This document shows, piece after piece, positions 28,825 through 38,306 of a stretch of 64,000 bases of DNA. Made by a program: the position numbers and the translations under genes. Origin of the DNA: Acidimicrobiia bacterium (GTDB taxonomy: Bacteria; Actinomycetota; Acidimicrobiia; Spongiisociales; ZC4RG35); NCBI GenBank assembly GCA_965216445.1, contig OZ244166.1, positions 1,284,013 to 1,348,012 on the forward strand, given 5' to 3'. Positions within the stretch are counted from its first letter, which is position 1; each line of letters begins with the position of its first letter. A model generated the notes under the pieces. The model did not search any database and was not told where the DNA came from. It was given only the letters and a program-made list of their open reading frames with translations.

Positions 28825-30120
28825 TCACTCTCGTGTAAGTGAATTCAGCGAAGCCCCTTCGGGTTCCTTTTCGGTCTCGACACGCGGCCCGAAGGTGTCA
28901 CGCCAAACAACTGTTGTATATAGCCACAAAGCAACCCCAACGATCAAGAATGGGAAGGTTCGCGCCACTATCGGATACGTCTCCTCGCTGGATCCGAGCC
29001 ACGCGCCGACGAGGGCACCAAGGGGGAGAGTCGCCCATCCAATGGCTCGAGATGCGGTGATGACCCGGCCCAGCATTGACTCCGTCGCGTAGTGCTGTCG
29101 GATGGTGGCCAGCGCCACGTTGATGAACCCGACACCAATCATCCAACCGATCTGCAACGCGACGGTCAAGAAGCTGTACGTAGTGAACATCACCGCAGCG
29201 AGACATGCCCCGGTCAGGGTCATGCCAACTGTCATGGTCGCTCCTAGACCGATCCTCTGAATGAGACGTGGTGCCACGAGAGCGCCGATCACCCCACCGA
29301 CACCGAAGGCAGCCAGCAAGATCCCAATGGCAAGTTCGTCCTCGGTGCCAAAGACAAAGAAGGCGAGGACGACAAAGGTCCCTTCGACGAAACCAACAAC
29401 GAAGTTGGGTATGGCTGACGCAATCGTGGTGATCCGCAACCGGGGCTCCTGCATGATGTAGCGGATGCCGTTGGCTGCTTCGGTGAAGAAGCCCTGCCGC
29501 TCGTCGTGTTCCGGTCGATGATGCGCGACCCGACCAACCCAATAGAGGGACACTGCTGAGAGAACAAAGGTCAGGCCGTTGATGAAGAGACCAAAGGCGG
29601 GTGTGCCGGTACTGACTGCCATTACTCCAGCGGCCAGTGGCCCCAACGCGAAGTTCGCCTGCTGAGAGGCCGCGATGAACCCGTTTGCGTCAGCGAGCCT
29701 GTTTTCGGGGACGAGGGCGGGTACCAGCGAAAACAGGGCACCGTCGAACAGGGTGGTCATCGAGCCGACCAGGAAGGCGACGACAAACACAGTGTTGACG
29801 CCATAGGAGCCGATCGAGGCGGCGAGGTAGAAGAAGGCTGAGGCTCTGAGAAGGTCGGTCGCGATCATGATCGGGCGCAGATGCCACCGATCTAGTAGGA
29901 CCCCGCCGAGAAGGCCGACAATCAGTGTCGGACCGGTCTCCAGGGCGTATGTGATCGAAAAGTCCAAAATCGACTGACTTCCGGCCTGGTCGTGGATGTA
30001 GTCGACAAGCAGGGGCAGACTGAGAAAGGCGACATATGTCCCGAACTGGCTGACCGTCTGGCCGATCCAGAGGGCGGTGTATCGGGGCCCAAACGCGGTC
30101 AACGTACGTGAGGATCTCAC
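28825..30120 (-). CDS. MFS transporter
   Basis: 431 aa, about 12 TM segments. The N-terminal YTALWIGQTVSQFGTYVAFLSLPLLV is typical of the EntS/MFS_3-like subgroup. The substrate is unknown. Confidence 0.85.
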   Translation of the reverse strand: MRSSRTLTAFGPRYTALWIGQTVSQFGTYVAFLSLPLLVDYIHDQAGSQSILDFSITYALETGPTLIVGLLGGVLLDRWHLRPIMIATDLLRASAFFYLAASIGSYGVNTVFVVAFLVGSMTTLFDGALFSLVPALVPENRLADANGFIAASQQANFALGPLAAGVMAVSTGTPAFGLFINGLTFVLSAVSLYWVGRVAHHRPEHDERQGFFTEAANGIRYIMQEPRLRITTIASAIPNFVVGFVEGTFVVLAFFVFGTEDELAIGILLAAFGVGGVIGALVAPRLIQRIGLGATMTVGMTLTGACLAAVMFTTYSFLTVALQIGWMIGVGFINVALATIRQHYATESMLGRVITASRAIGWATLPLGALVGAWLGSSEETYPIVARTFPFLIVGVALWLYTTVVWRDTFGPRVETEKEPEGASLNSLTRE

Positions 30121-30183
30121 TGGCGGTCCACGATACCCGTATACCGCAATTCGTCCAGCACTTGTTAGCCTTTGCAGACCGAC

Positions 30184-30486
30184 ATGGCAGATTACAAAGA
30201 GATCCCACAGCTAAGCCGCGAACTTGTCGAGATGTCGAAGGACTATCTCAGACAAGAAACCATCGAGCCCGCCAAGGCGCTTGGCAAGCACGCCGGGATG
30301 GGGGTCGGGGGAGCAATCCTTTTCTCGCTGGGAGCTTTCTTCGCACTTCTTGGCGCATACTCCCTGCTCAAGATGGTTCTGCCAGATTCGGAATGGTACG
30401 TAGTTCTCGCCAGATTCCTCACTGCACTGCTAGGTGCAGGTGCAGCGGGTCTGGTCGGATGGAGGATGAGCATTGACAGTCAGTAG
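30184..30486 (+). CDS. small two-TM membrane protein, possibly of the Holin-X/DUF1469-like family
   Basis: 100 aa counted from the ATG at 30184. An amphipathic N-terminus is followed by two glycine-rich TM helices. The family assignment is tentative. Confidence 0.5.
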   Translation: MADYKEIPQLSRELVEMSKDYLRQETIEPAKALGKHAGMGVGGAILFSLGAFFALLGAYSLLKMVLPDSEWYVVLARFLTALLGAGAAGLVGWRMSIDSQ

Positions 30487-30667
30487 AGACGACCTCGAAG
30501 CAAAGGCCCGACAGCTGGTCGGGACCGTTGATGAGACCAGAGAATCAGCGAAAGAAACGGCGCTGATGACGGGTATTGCTCTTGTTGGACTCGTGGTTCT
30601 TGCCTTCTACATGGGCGGACGCCGCGGCAAGCGGAGCAAATCGATCGTCGAGGTCTACAAAGTCTAA
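30473..30667 (+). CDS. small single-TM membrane protein
   Basis: 64 aa. TTG start 6 nt after GGAGGA. One TM helix (LMTGIALVGLVVLAFYMGG) followed by a basic tail. Confidence 0.5.
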   Translation: MTVSRDDLEAKARQLVGTVDETRESAKETALMTGIALVGLVVLAFYMGGRRGKRSKSIVEVYKV

Positions 30668-30742
30668 GAACAACCGTTCCTGCACTGTGCAGAACCGGTT
30701 GTTTCCCGCACGTAATTGCACTGTGCAGGGCAATAGGGGCGG

Positions 30743-31000
30743 CTACGGCTTGACGACCTCGATTCGGGGGTCGCCCTTCTTGCGGTGTTGGATCACCAGG
30801 GTGGAACCCGCCGGCAGCTTCTTCCGGAAGATCAACTCTTTGCGGCTGGCCTTGTTGTCCCTCAGCCAAGCGAGTGCTGCGAGGGAGGCACCCATGTATA
30901 GATCCCGACGGTCGCCACGTCGGAGTCCTCTCCAAACGCGGTCGATTCCGGCTGCCTTCAACTCGGCTTCACGAAAGAATGTGCGCAATAACCTGTTCAT
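30743..31000 (-). CDS. hypothetical basic protein
   Basis: 85-aa ORF with no recognisable motif, convergent with the preceding genes. The coding status is uncertain. Confidence 0.4.
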   Translation of the reverse strand: MNRLLRTFFREAELKAAGIDRVWRGLRRGDRRDLYMGASLAALAWLRDNKASRKELIFRKKLPAGSTLVIQHRKKGDPRIEVVKP

Positions 31001-31129
31001 CTTCTACCGTGGACGAACCCTAGAACAGAAGTAGAGGATGCGAAACCAGAAATTCGTTCGAATAACCATTTGGGTCGTCGTTGTGGCGATGGTTCTGAGC
31101 CTGGCGGTCGCTGCGATCAGTCTCTTTTG

Positions 31130-31912
31130 ATGGCATTTGGTGAAGGTGACACTGCCCTCCTCATCGACTCCAAAGGTCGGAAGTTCCTCCTCAAACTCGA
31201 TCCGCATCGAACGTTTCAGTATCACCTGGGCTCGATAGCTCACAGCGACTTGATCGGTAAGGAGGACGGCTCCTGGGTCGTTTCATCCGGTGGCGGGAAA
31301 CTTCTTCTACTCCGACCTCGTCTTGCCGACTACATCCTCAAGATGAAGCGGAGCGCACAGGTTGTCTACCCCAAAGACATCGGCCCGATCGTGATGTACT
31401 CCGATGTCGGTCCGGGAATGAAAGTTCTCGAGGCAGGGACCGGTAGTGGTGCCTTGACCATGGGACTTCTGAGAGCCGTAGGGGAGACCGGAACCGTCGT
31501 ATCAGTAGACATCCGTGACGACCATCAGGCACATGCTCGGAAGGCGATCAAACGGTGGTTTGGGGAATTGCCCGCCAACCTCGACCTCCGAATCGGAGAC
31601 GTCGTCGACTTCGTGGAGGATTCGCAGCCAGATCGAATGATTCTCGATTTGCCTGAGCCATGGCGCGTCTTGGAGGCGGCAGCTGCACATCAGCCATCAG
31701 GCGGTGTGGTGACCTGTTACCTCCCCACTGTCCCTCAGGTCCAGCGGACGGTGGAAAGAGCAGAGGAGTTGGGTGTCTTTGTCGAAATCGAGGTTCGAGA
31801 GTTTTTGATGCGTGATTGGAGCGTCTCGGGTCGGAGCGTGCGTCCCGAGCACGGCATGATCGGACACACTGGCTTTCTGGTCTTCATGCGCAAGGTTGCT
31901 CGGCGCACCTGA
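31130..31912 (+). CDS. trmI: tRNA (adenine58-N1)-methyltransferase TrmI
   Basis: It aligns by eye with the mycobacterial TrmI family from FGEGD..LIDSKGRKF..GSIAHSDLIG through VYPKDIGPIV and LEAGTGSGALT. I set the start at the ATG at 31130. The position upstream of arc is conserved. Confidence 0.85.
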   Translation: MAFGEGDTALLIDSKGRKFLLKLDPHRTFQYHLGSIAHSDLIGKEDGSWVVSSGGGKLLLLRPRLADYILKMKRSAQVVYPKDIGPIVMYSDVGPGMKVLEAGTGSGALTMGLLRAVGETGTVVSVDIRDDHQAHARKAIKRWFGELPANLDLRIGDVVDFVEDSQPDRMILDLPEPWRVLEAAAAHQPSGGVVTCYLPTVPQVQRTVERAEELGVFVEIEVREFLMRDWSVSGRSVRPEHGMIGHTGFLVFMRKVARRT

Positions 31913-32014
31913 ATGGGACCGCTGTTGAGGGTCATGCCGTCTGGGTCCATCGGTCCTAGAACTAAACCCGACTGTTCGTATACTGCCTAGTGGCGACCAA
32001 CCAGGAAGGAAGCC

Positions 32015-33742
32015 GTGGACGAAAGACGTATGTCAGACGACGCAGCAGAGTTGCGTCGCCTGGTTCAGGCATTAGAAGAAGAGGTGTCGATTCTCCGTCG
32101 GCGTGCCTCTGATGCGCCCGAACTCATTCGTTCCCTCGAAACCGACCTAGCCAACACCAAAGAACGGCTTGACCGAGCAACGTCCCAAAACGACAAACTT
32201 GCTGCGGTCCTCGAAGAAGCGCGTCAGCAGCTCGGTGTGCTCCGCGAGGAGGTCGACAAGCTCACCTCGCCTCCCAACAACTTTGGATCGGTCCTCCAAG
32301 TCAACGTGGACGGGACGATCGACGTCCTCACAGGAAACAGAAAACTCCGGGTGGCTGCCCAACCAAACATCGAGGTCAAACAACTTCAGGTTGGCCAGGA
32401 AGTGATACTCAACGAAGCATTCAACATCATTGATGTGCGGGAGTTCGAACTGGCCGGAGATGTGGTCCGGATCAGGGAAACTCTCCCCGACAATCGCGTT
32501 GTGATCATCGCCCGGGCCGACGAAGAGAGTGTCTTGAGCCGCTCGGACGCCATGAAGGACGCCTACTTGCGGGCGGGTGACTACGTGCGCATCGATCCCA
32601 AGACCCGGCTGATTCTGGAGAAAATGGAGCGGCCTGAGGTTGAGGAACTGGTTCTCGAAGAGGTTCCCGACATCACCTACGCCGAGGTGGGCGGGCTTGC
32701 TGACCAAATCGAGCAGATCCGAGACACTGTCGAATTGCCCTACCTGTATCGAGACTTGTTTCGGGAGTACGAACTGGACCCGCCCAAAGGAATTCTGTTG
32801 TACGGCCCCCCAGGATGCGGAAAGACGCTGATTGCCAAAGCCGTCGCCAACAGTCTCGCCAAGAAGGTCTCGGAGCGGACCGGCAACCCCGACGTCCGCT
32901 CTTACTTCTTGAACATCAAAGGCCCCGAGCTGTTGAACAAGTGGGTTGGAGAGACGGAACGTCAGATCCGTCTCATCTTCCAGCGCGCCAAGGAGAAGTC
33001 TGACGAAGGCGTACCCGTCATCGTCTTCTTCGACGAGATGGACTCACTCTTCCGGACCAGAGGCACCGGGATCAGTTCCGATGTTGAGTCAACCATCGTG
33101 CCGCAGTTGCTTTCGGAATTGGACGGAGTCGAAGCCCTAAAGAATGTTGTCGTTATCGGTGCTTCGAACCGTGAAGACCTCATCGACCCGGCCATCCTTC
33201 GACCCGGGCGACTAGACGTGAAGGTCAAGATCAACAGGCCAGAACCCGACGCTGCCCGAGAGATCTTTGCGATCTATCTCAGTGATAAGACCCCCCTCGA
33301 CACCGACGGGCTCGCTGCACACGAGGGCGATCACCGGGCCTACCTCAAGAAGATCATCGATGAAACTGTCGAAGCGATGTACTCGGAGGACGACGAGAAT
33401 CGGTTCCTCGAAGTCACATATGCTGGGGGCGACCGTGAGGTGCTCTACTTCAAGGATTTCGCTTCGGGTGCGATGATCGAGAACATCGTGCGCCGCGCCA
33501 AAAAAGATGCTATCAAGCGGCGTATCGCCGGCGGAGAACCCGGTTTGAACGAAGCAGATTTGATCGCGGCGATCAAACAAGAATTCCGGGAACAGGAAGA
33601 CCTACCGAACACCACCAACCCGGATGACTGGGCAAAGATCTCCGGCAAGAAGGGGGAGCGGATCGTCTATGTCCGCACCCTCGTAGGCGGAGACGATGAG
33701 AGTCGCCTAATCGAGAGAGTCTCGGGCGGCCAGTACCTGTAA
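32015..33742 (+). CDS. arc: proteasome-associated AAA ATPase ARC/Mpa
   Basis: N-terminal coiled coil, OB domains, Walker A GPPGCGKT, and the C-terminal GGQYL proteasome-docking motif. The GTG start follows AGGAAGGAAG. Confidence 0.95.
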   Translation: MDERRMSDDAAELRRLVQALEEEVSILRRRASDAPELIRSLETDLANTKERLDRATSQNDKLAAVLEEARQQLGVLREEVDKLTSPPNNFGSVLQVNVDGTIDVLTGNRKLRVAAQPNIEVKQLQVGQEVILNEAFNIIDVREFELAGDVVRIRETLPDNRVVIIARADEESVLSRSDAMKDAYLRAGDYVRIDPKTRLILEKMERPEVEELVLEEVPDITYAEVGGLADQIEQIRDTVELPYLYRDLFREYELDPPKGILLYGPPGCGKTLIAKAVANSLAKKVSERTGNPDVRSYFLNIKGPELLNKWVGETERQIRLIFQRAKEKSDEGVPVIVFFDEMDSLFRTRGTGISSDVESTIVPQLLSELDGVEALKNVVVIGASNREDLIDPAILRPGRLDVKVKINRPEPDAAREIFAIYLSDKTPLDTDGLAAHEGDHRAYLKKIIDETVEAMYSEDDENRFLEVTYAGGDREVLYFKDFASGAMIENIVRRAKKDAIKRRIAGGEPGLNEADLIAAIKQEFREQEDLPNTTNPDDWAKISGKKGERIVYVRTLVGGDDESRLIERVSGGQYL

Positions 33743-35211
33743 TGGCATTGCACAAGGTCTTAGGGACTGAGACCGAGTACGGGATAACTGTCAAGGGCGA
33801 ACCCGGCTTCAACCCCGCGGTGGCGTCCTCTCTGATAGTCAATAGCTTCCCCGGACGCAGAGTCCGGGTGCAATGGTCTTACGAGGGCGAGACTCCGGGC
33901 CGGGATGCCAGAGGTTTCGGTCATGAGACCTATGGGCCCCTGGATCCGGACAGCGCAGTTGTGAATTCCGTCCTGTCCAACGGGGCACGCATGTATGTCG
34001 ACCATGCCCATCCCGAGTATTCCGCTCCCGAGACCTTCGATCCCCTGGAAGCGGCTCTCTACGACAAAGTCGGCGAGTTGGTCATGCATCAGGCGGCGGT
34101 TGCCGCGCTTGAGAACTCCGGTACCACGATCTCGCTGTACAAGAACAACTCTGATGGAAAGGGGAATAGCTATGGGGCCCATGAGAACTATCTACTCTCC
34201 AGGGAGACGCCTTTTGGCGATGTGATCAGATACGCCATGACATTCATGGTCACCCGTCAGGTATTTACCGGTGCCGGCAAGGTCGGCTCGGAGAACGACA
34301 AGCCCAAAACCAACTTCCAGATCACCCAGCGCGCTGACTTCTTCGAAGAGCAAGTGGGACTGGAGACAACACTCAAGCGACCCATAATCAACACCAGGGA
34401 TGAGCCCCACGGTGATCCCTCAAAATACCGGCGTCTTCACGTGATAATCGGGGATGCCAACCTCTCCGAGACCCAGATCTTCCTGAAGTTGGGGACAACC
34501 GCCCTTCTGCTGGCTGCCCTTGAAGACGGAGCAATCCCTGATCCTCTCGATCTCGCCGATCCTGTTGAGTCGTGCTGGCAGGTCAGCCACGATCTCGACC
34601 TGAGTCGGCCCCTCAAACTCGATGGCGGTGGGACCGCCACAGCGCTGGAGCTTCAGGGCCGATTTCTCGAATGGTTGTCGAAATATGTCGAGAAGGAACT
34701 CGATGACCCCGTTTGGGACATGTTGGTTGACGAGTGGGAGCGCGTCCTGACGGGTCTCGAGTCAAACCCGATGGGGTTGGCTGATACCCTCGACTGGGTG
34801 GCCAAACGCAGAGTTTTCGAAGGCTATTTGGCTAGAGGCGGCGTTGACTGGGACAGCCCGAAATTAAAGGCATTCGATTTCCAGTATCACGATGTCGATC
34901 CGGAGCGAAGTCTCTACCAACGGATGGCACGGTCCGGCTCGTTCCGTCGTCTGTTCACCGACGAGCAGATCAAGGAAGCCGTTGTCAACCCACCTACGCG
35001 GACCCGTGCCTACTTCAGGGGACGTTGCGTCGATAAGTTTCATGAGTCGGTGGTGGCAGCGAACTGGGACTCATTGGTATTCGATACCGGCGAATCGCAT
35101 CTCAAACGAGTTCCTATGATGGAGCCGCTACGGGGTGCAGCCGATCTCGTCGGCTCGCTCATCGACGAGTCGGAAGATGCTGCTGATCTACTGAAGCGTT
35201 TAGGAGGTTGA
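33742..35211 (+). CDS. dop: Pup deamidase/depupylase Dop
   Basis: N-terminal GTETEYGI, the carboxylate-amine ligase fold shared with PafA, and the position between arc and pup. TAATG overlap with arc. Confidence 0.93.
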   Translation: MALHKVLGTETEYGITVKGEPGFNPAVASSLIVNSFPGRRVRVQWSYEGETPGRDARGFGHETYGPLDPDSAVVNSVLSNGARMYVDHAHPEYSAPETFDPLEAALYDKVGELVMHQAAVAALENSGTTISLYKNNSDGKGNSYGAHENYLLSRETPFGDVIRYAMTFMVTRQVFTGAGKVGSENDKPKTNFQITQRADFFEEQVGLETTLKRPIINTRDEPHGDPSKYRRLHVIIGDANLSETQIFLKLGTTALLLAALEDGAIPDPLDLADPVESCWQVSHDLDLSRPLKLDGGGTATALELQGRFLEWLSKYVEKELDDPVWDMLVDEWERVLTGLESNPMGLADTLDWVAKRRVFEGYLARGGVDWDSPKLKAFDFQYHDVDPERSLYQRMARSGSFRRLFTDEQIKEAVVNPPTRTRAYFRGRCVDKFHESVVAANWDSLVFDTGESHLKRVPMMEPLRGAADLVGSLIDESEDAADLLKRLGG

Positions 35212-35218
35212 GGAGCTG

Positions 35219-35407
35219 ATGGCAGAACAAGAGAGATCGCAGGAAAAGGGCCGCTCCCAGGAGGAGCAGGTCGAAGAGGTCGAAGCGGTCACTGAGACAG
35301 ACACAGATCTCGAGGCCCTCGACGACCTGCTCGACGAGATCGATGAGGTACTCGAGGAGAACGCCGAGGAGTTCGTCAAGAACTACGTACAAAAGGGCGG
35401 CGAGTGA
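35219..35407 (+). CDS. pup: prokaryotic ubiquitin-like protein Pup (C-terminal GGE form)
   Basis: 62 aa, highly acidic. DDLLDEIDEVLEENAEEFVKNYVQKGGE ends in GGE. GGAGG Shine-Dalgarno sequence upstream. Confidence 0.93.
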   Translation: MAEQERSQEKGRSQEEQVEEVEAVTETDTDLEALDDLLDEIDEVLEENAEEFVKNYVQKGGE

Positions 35408-36195
35408 TCAATAGCCAGGGAACTCCGCTTCCCTTGGATGCGCCAGCACCCGGGTCGAGCTTCACCGACCTCTTGGACTCAATGGGTGCCCTACCCAAAC
35501 TCAACTTTGCCGGGGAGAAGCCCTTGGGCGCTCCTGAAGGCACCACGGTGCTCGCGATGCGATATGACGGAGGAGTGGTGATGGCAGGCGATCGCCGGGC
35601 CACTGAAGGGCATCTGGTCGCTCACCGTAGGATCCGCAAAGTATTTGCGGCAGACCAGTTTTCAGCAGTGGCCATTGCAGGTACCGCAGGCCTCGCCATT
35701 GACATGGTAAAACTGTTCCAGGTCGAGCTGGAGCACTACGAAAAAATCGAAGGCGTACGTCTCTCTCTAGACGGGAAGGCCTCGTTCCTGGCACGCATGG
35801 TGCGTAACCAGCTCCCGATGGCTTTCCAGGGTCTGGTTGTTGTTCCGATGTTCGCTGGGTTCGATGAAAGCGAGGGGAAAGGACGCCTTTACAGCTTTGA
35901 CGTGGTTGGTGGTCGGTATGAGGAGATCGACTTCGGCTCGACCGGTTCTGGGTCGAGGTTGGCCAAGTCGTATCTTCGGACTGTCTACGAAGAGGGGATA
36001 GATGCCGACCAAGCTGCCGATTTTGCGGTGCGCGCCCTTGTGTCGGCATCGCAGGAGGACACCGCAACCGGTGGACCCGACCTGAGACGGGGCATCTTTC
36101 CCAACGTAGTCAGGATTGATCGGGATGGATTCCACGAGCTTTCCGATGAGATCGTCGGCGGGCTGGCCGAAGCCGCGGTGGAGTCGATCAGATGA
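35404..36195 (+). CDS. prcB: 20S proteasome beta subunit
   Basis: A propeptide is followed by G/TTVLAMRYDGGVVMAGDRRAT, which contains the catalytic Thr1. GTGA overlap with pup. Confidence 0.93.
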   Translation: MINSQGTPLPLDAPAPGSSFTDLLDSMGALPKLNFAGEKPLGAPEGTTVLAMRYDGGVVMAGDRRATEGHLVAHRRIRKVFAADQFSAVAIAGTAGLAIDMVKLFQVELEHYEKIEGVRLSLDGKASFLARMVRNQLPMAFQGLVVVPMFAGFDESEGKGRLYSFDVVGGRYEEIDFGSTGSGSRLAKSYLRTVYEEGIDADQAADFAVRALVSASQEDTATGGPDLRRGIFPNVVRIDRDGFHELSDEIVGGLAEAAVESIR

Positions 36196-36875
36196 CCATT
36201 CCTTTCTACGTCGCCCCCGAACAACTGGTCCGTGACAAGGCTGAGTTCGCTCGCAAAGGCATCGCAAGAGGACGATCGATCCTCGCGGTTGACTATGCGG
36301 ACGGTGTTCTGCTTCTTGCCGAGAATCCGTCGACGGCGCTCCACAAGATCTCCGAGGTCTATGACCGGATTGCCTTTGCCGGTGTGGGTAGGTACAACGA
36401 ATTCGAGACGCTGAGGAAGGCTGGGATCAGGCAGGCTGACCTGATGGGCTATCTCTATTCGCGAGATGACGTGACCGCTATGGGATTGGCCACACAGTTC
36501 GCTCAGACCATGGGTGTCATCTTCACCCGCGATCCCAAGCCATTTGAAGTTGAGCTGCTTCTCGCCGAAATCTCGCCTGATGGTCAGGAACATCGGCTCT
36601 TCCGGGTCACGTATGACGGGACCCTCTACGACGAACGTAACTTTGTCGCCATCGGGGGTAAGTCCGAGGAGCTCGAGCAGGCTCTCGCTCAAGTTTGGAG
36701 CTCAGGGATGGGTCTGGATGCGGCCCTCAGGGCAGGCCAAGAGGCGTTCCGAACAGCTGAGGGTCGAGATTCTGAGGGTTGGGAAGCGGCCGTCCTCGAC
36801 AGCTCGAACGGACGGCGGGCCTTCCGTCGCCTCAACCTCGGGTCGGAGTCCTCCGAAACAGCTTCCCCCGAATAG
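36192..36875 (+). CDS. prcA: 20S proteasome alpha subunit
   Basis: N-terminal MTIPFYVAPEQLVRDKAEFARKGIARGRS, typical of actinobacterial PrcA. ATGA overlap with prcB. Confidence 0.93.
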   Translation: MTIPFYVAPEQLVRDKAEFARKGIARGRSILAVDYADGVLLLAENPSTALHKISEVYDRIAFAGVGRYNEFETLRKAGIRQADLMGYLYSRDDVTAMGLATQFAQTMGVIFTRDPKPFEVELLLAEISPDGQEHRLFRVTYDGTLYDERNFVAIGGKSEELEQALAQVWSSGMGLDAALRAGQEAFRTAEGRDSEGWEAAVLDSSNGRRAFRRLNLGSESSETASPE

Positions 36876-36899
36876 CTCAACAGCGTTTAGCCTGCCCTT

Positions 36900-38255
36900 G
36901 TGGACCGGCGTATCTTCGGAATCGAAAACGAATATGGAGTGACGTGCACTTTGCGCGGGCAGCGGCGCCTCAGCCCTGACGAAGTGGCCCGGTACCTTTT
37001 CAGAAGAGTCGTGTCATGGGGCAGGTCCTCGAATGTCTTTCTCGAGAACGGAGCCAGGCTCTACCTGGACGTTGGCTCACATCCCGAATACGCCACGCCA
37101 GAGTGTGACGACCTCGAAGAGGTAGTTGCTCATGACAAGGCGGGAGAGCGAATCCTCGAGGGTCTCGTCCACGGGGCCGAGGAGCGTCTCGAGGAAGAGG
37201 GGATCCGTGGGGAGATCTATGTGTTCAAGAACAACACAGATTCGGCCGGAAACTCGTATGGATGTCATGAGAACTACCTGGTCAGTAGGCACAAGGACTT
37301 CCACAGGACGGTGGAGGTTCTGCTTCCGTTCCTGGTGACGAGACAGATCTATCTCGGCGCCGGCAAACTCACCCAGACTCCCAGGGGGACAACGTATTCG
37401 ATCTCACAACGAGCCGATCACATCTGGGAAGGGGTGTCCTCGGCCACCACCCGTTCGCGTCCGATCATCAACACTCGCGATGAACCCCATGCCGACGCCG
37501 AGCGGTATAGACGCCTTCATGTGATCGCCGGTGACTCCAACATGAGCGAGTACGCAACGTCGGTGAAGGTGGGAACCATGGTTGCGCTTCTCCAGATGAT
37601 TGAAAAGGATGTCGTATTCCGCGACCTGAGCTTGGAAAACCCCATCCGTGCCATCCGCGAGATTGCCCACGATCCGACATGTCGACGCAAGATTCGCTTG
37701 AGCAATGGACGGGAGCTTTCGGCGTTGGATATCCAGTGGGAGTACCTCGACCGTGCAATGCGTTTCTCTAGAACCCCAGGATTCCCACCGCAGGTGAAGG
37801 CGGCGGTCGATCGTTGGGAGACATTGTTGACCGGGCTCGAGAAGGACCCGATGACCCTCGATCGCGAAGTCGACTGGGTTTCCAAGTACCGACTTCTGGA
37901 GCGGTATCAGGCGAGACGGGGACTCCAACTGTCCGATCCGAGGCTTGCGATGATGGATCTGGCATATCACGACGTAAATCGTTCTCGAGGTCTGTTCTAC
38001 ATGCTCCAGTCGAAGGACATGATGGAACGTGTTGTGAGCGACGAGGCAATTGCCAATGCAGTGAGACGTCCGCCGCAGACCACGCGCGCACGGCTCCGCG
38101 GCGAATTCATCAAAGCGGCCAAAGCCAAGAAGCGAGACTTCACGGTTGACTGGGTTCACTTGAAGCTGAACGATCAGGCTCAGCGAACCGTCATGTGCAA
38201 GGACCCGTTCAAAGCATTCGATGATCGTGTGGACAAACTCATCGATAGTCTCTAG
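36900..38255 (+). CDS. pafA: Pup--protein ligase PafA
   Basis: [14 protein letters not shown] at the N-terminus. A paralog of Dop that lacks the Dop loop. 451 aa. Confidence 0.95.
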   Translation: MDRRIFGIENEYGVTCTLRGQRRLSPDEVARYLFRRVVSWGRSSNVFLENGARLYLDVGSHPEYATPECDDLEEVVAHDKAGERILEGLVHGAEERLEEEGIRGEIYVFKNNTDSAGNSYGCHENYLVSRHKDFHRTVEVLLPFLVTRQIYLGAGKLTQTPRGTTYSISQRADHIWEGVSSATTRSRPIINTRDEPHADAERYRRLHVIAGDSNMSEYATSVKVGTMVALLQMIEKDVVFRDLSLENPIRAIREIAHDPTCRRKIRLSNGRELSALDIQWEYLDRAMRFSRTPGFPPQVKAAVDRWETLLTGLEKDPMTLDREVDWVSKYRLLERYQARRGLQLSDPRLAMMDLAYHDVNRSRGLFYMLQSKDMMERVVSDEAIANAVRRPPQTTRARLRGEFIKAAKAKKRDFTVDWVHLKLNDQAQRTVMCKDPFKAFDDRVDKLIDSL

Positions 38256-38306
38256 CGATCCAGATCCCAGTCGTCGAACCCCACCACAAATAGAATCGGG
38301 CGTCGA

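Noticed and set aside
26961-31000. A genomic island integrated at tRNA-Leu, suggested by the tRNA 3'-end duplication followed by accessory-looking genes.
   Set aside because: There is no integrase, excisionase, transposase or phage gene. I saw no distal direct repeat of the tRNA 3' end beyond the tandem array, and no obvious compositional shift by eye. The nearest tyrosine recombinase is the housekeeping xerD, 28 kb away.
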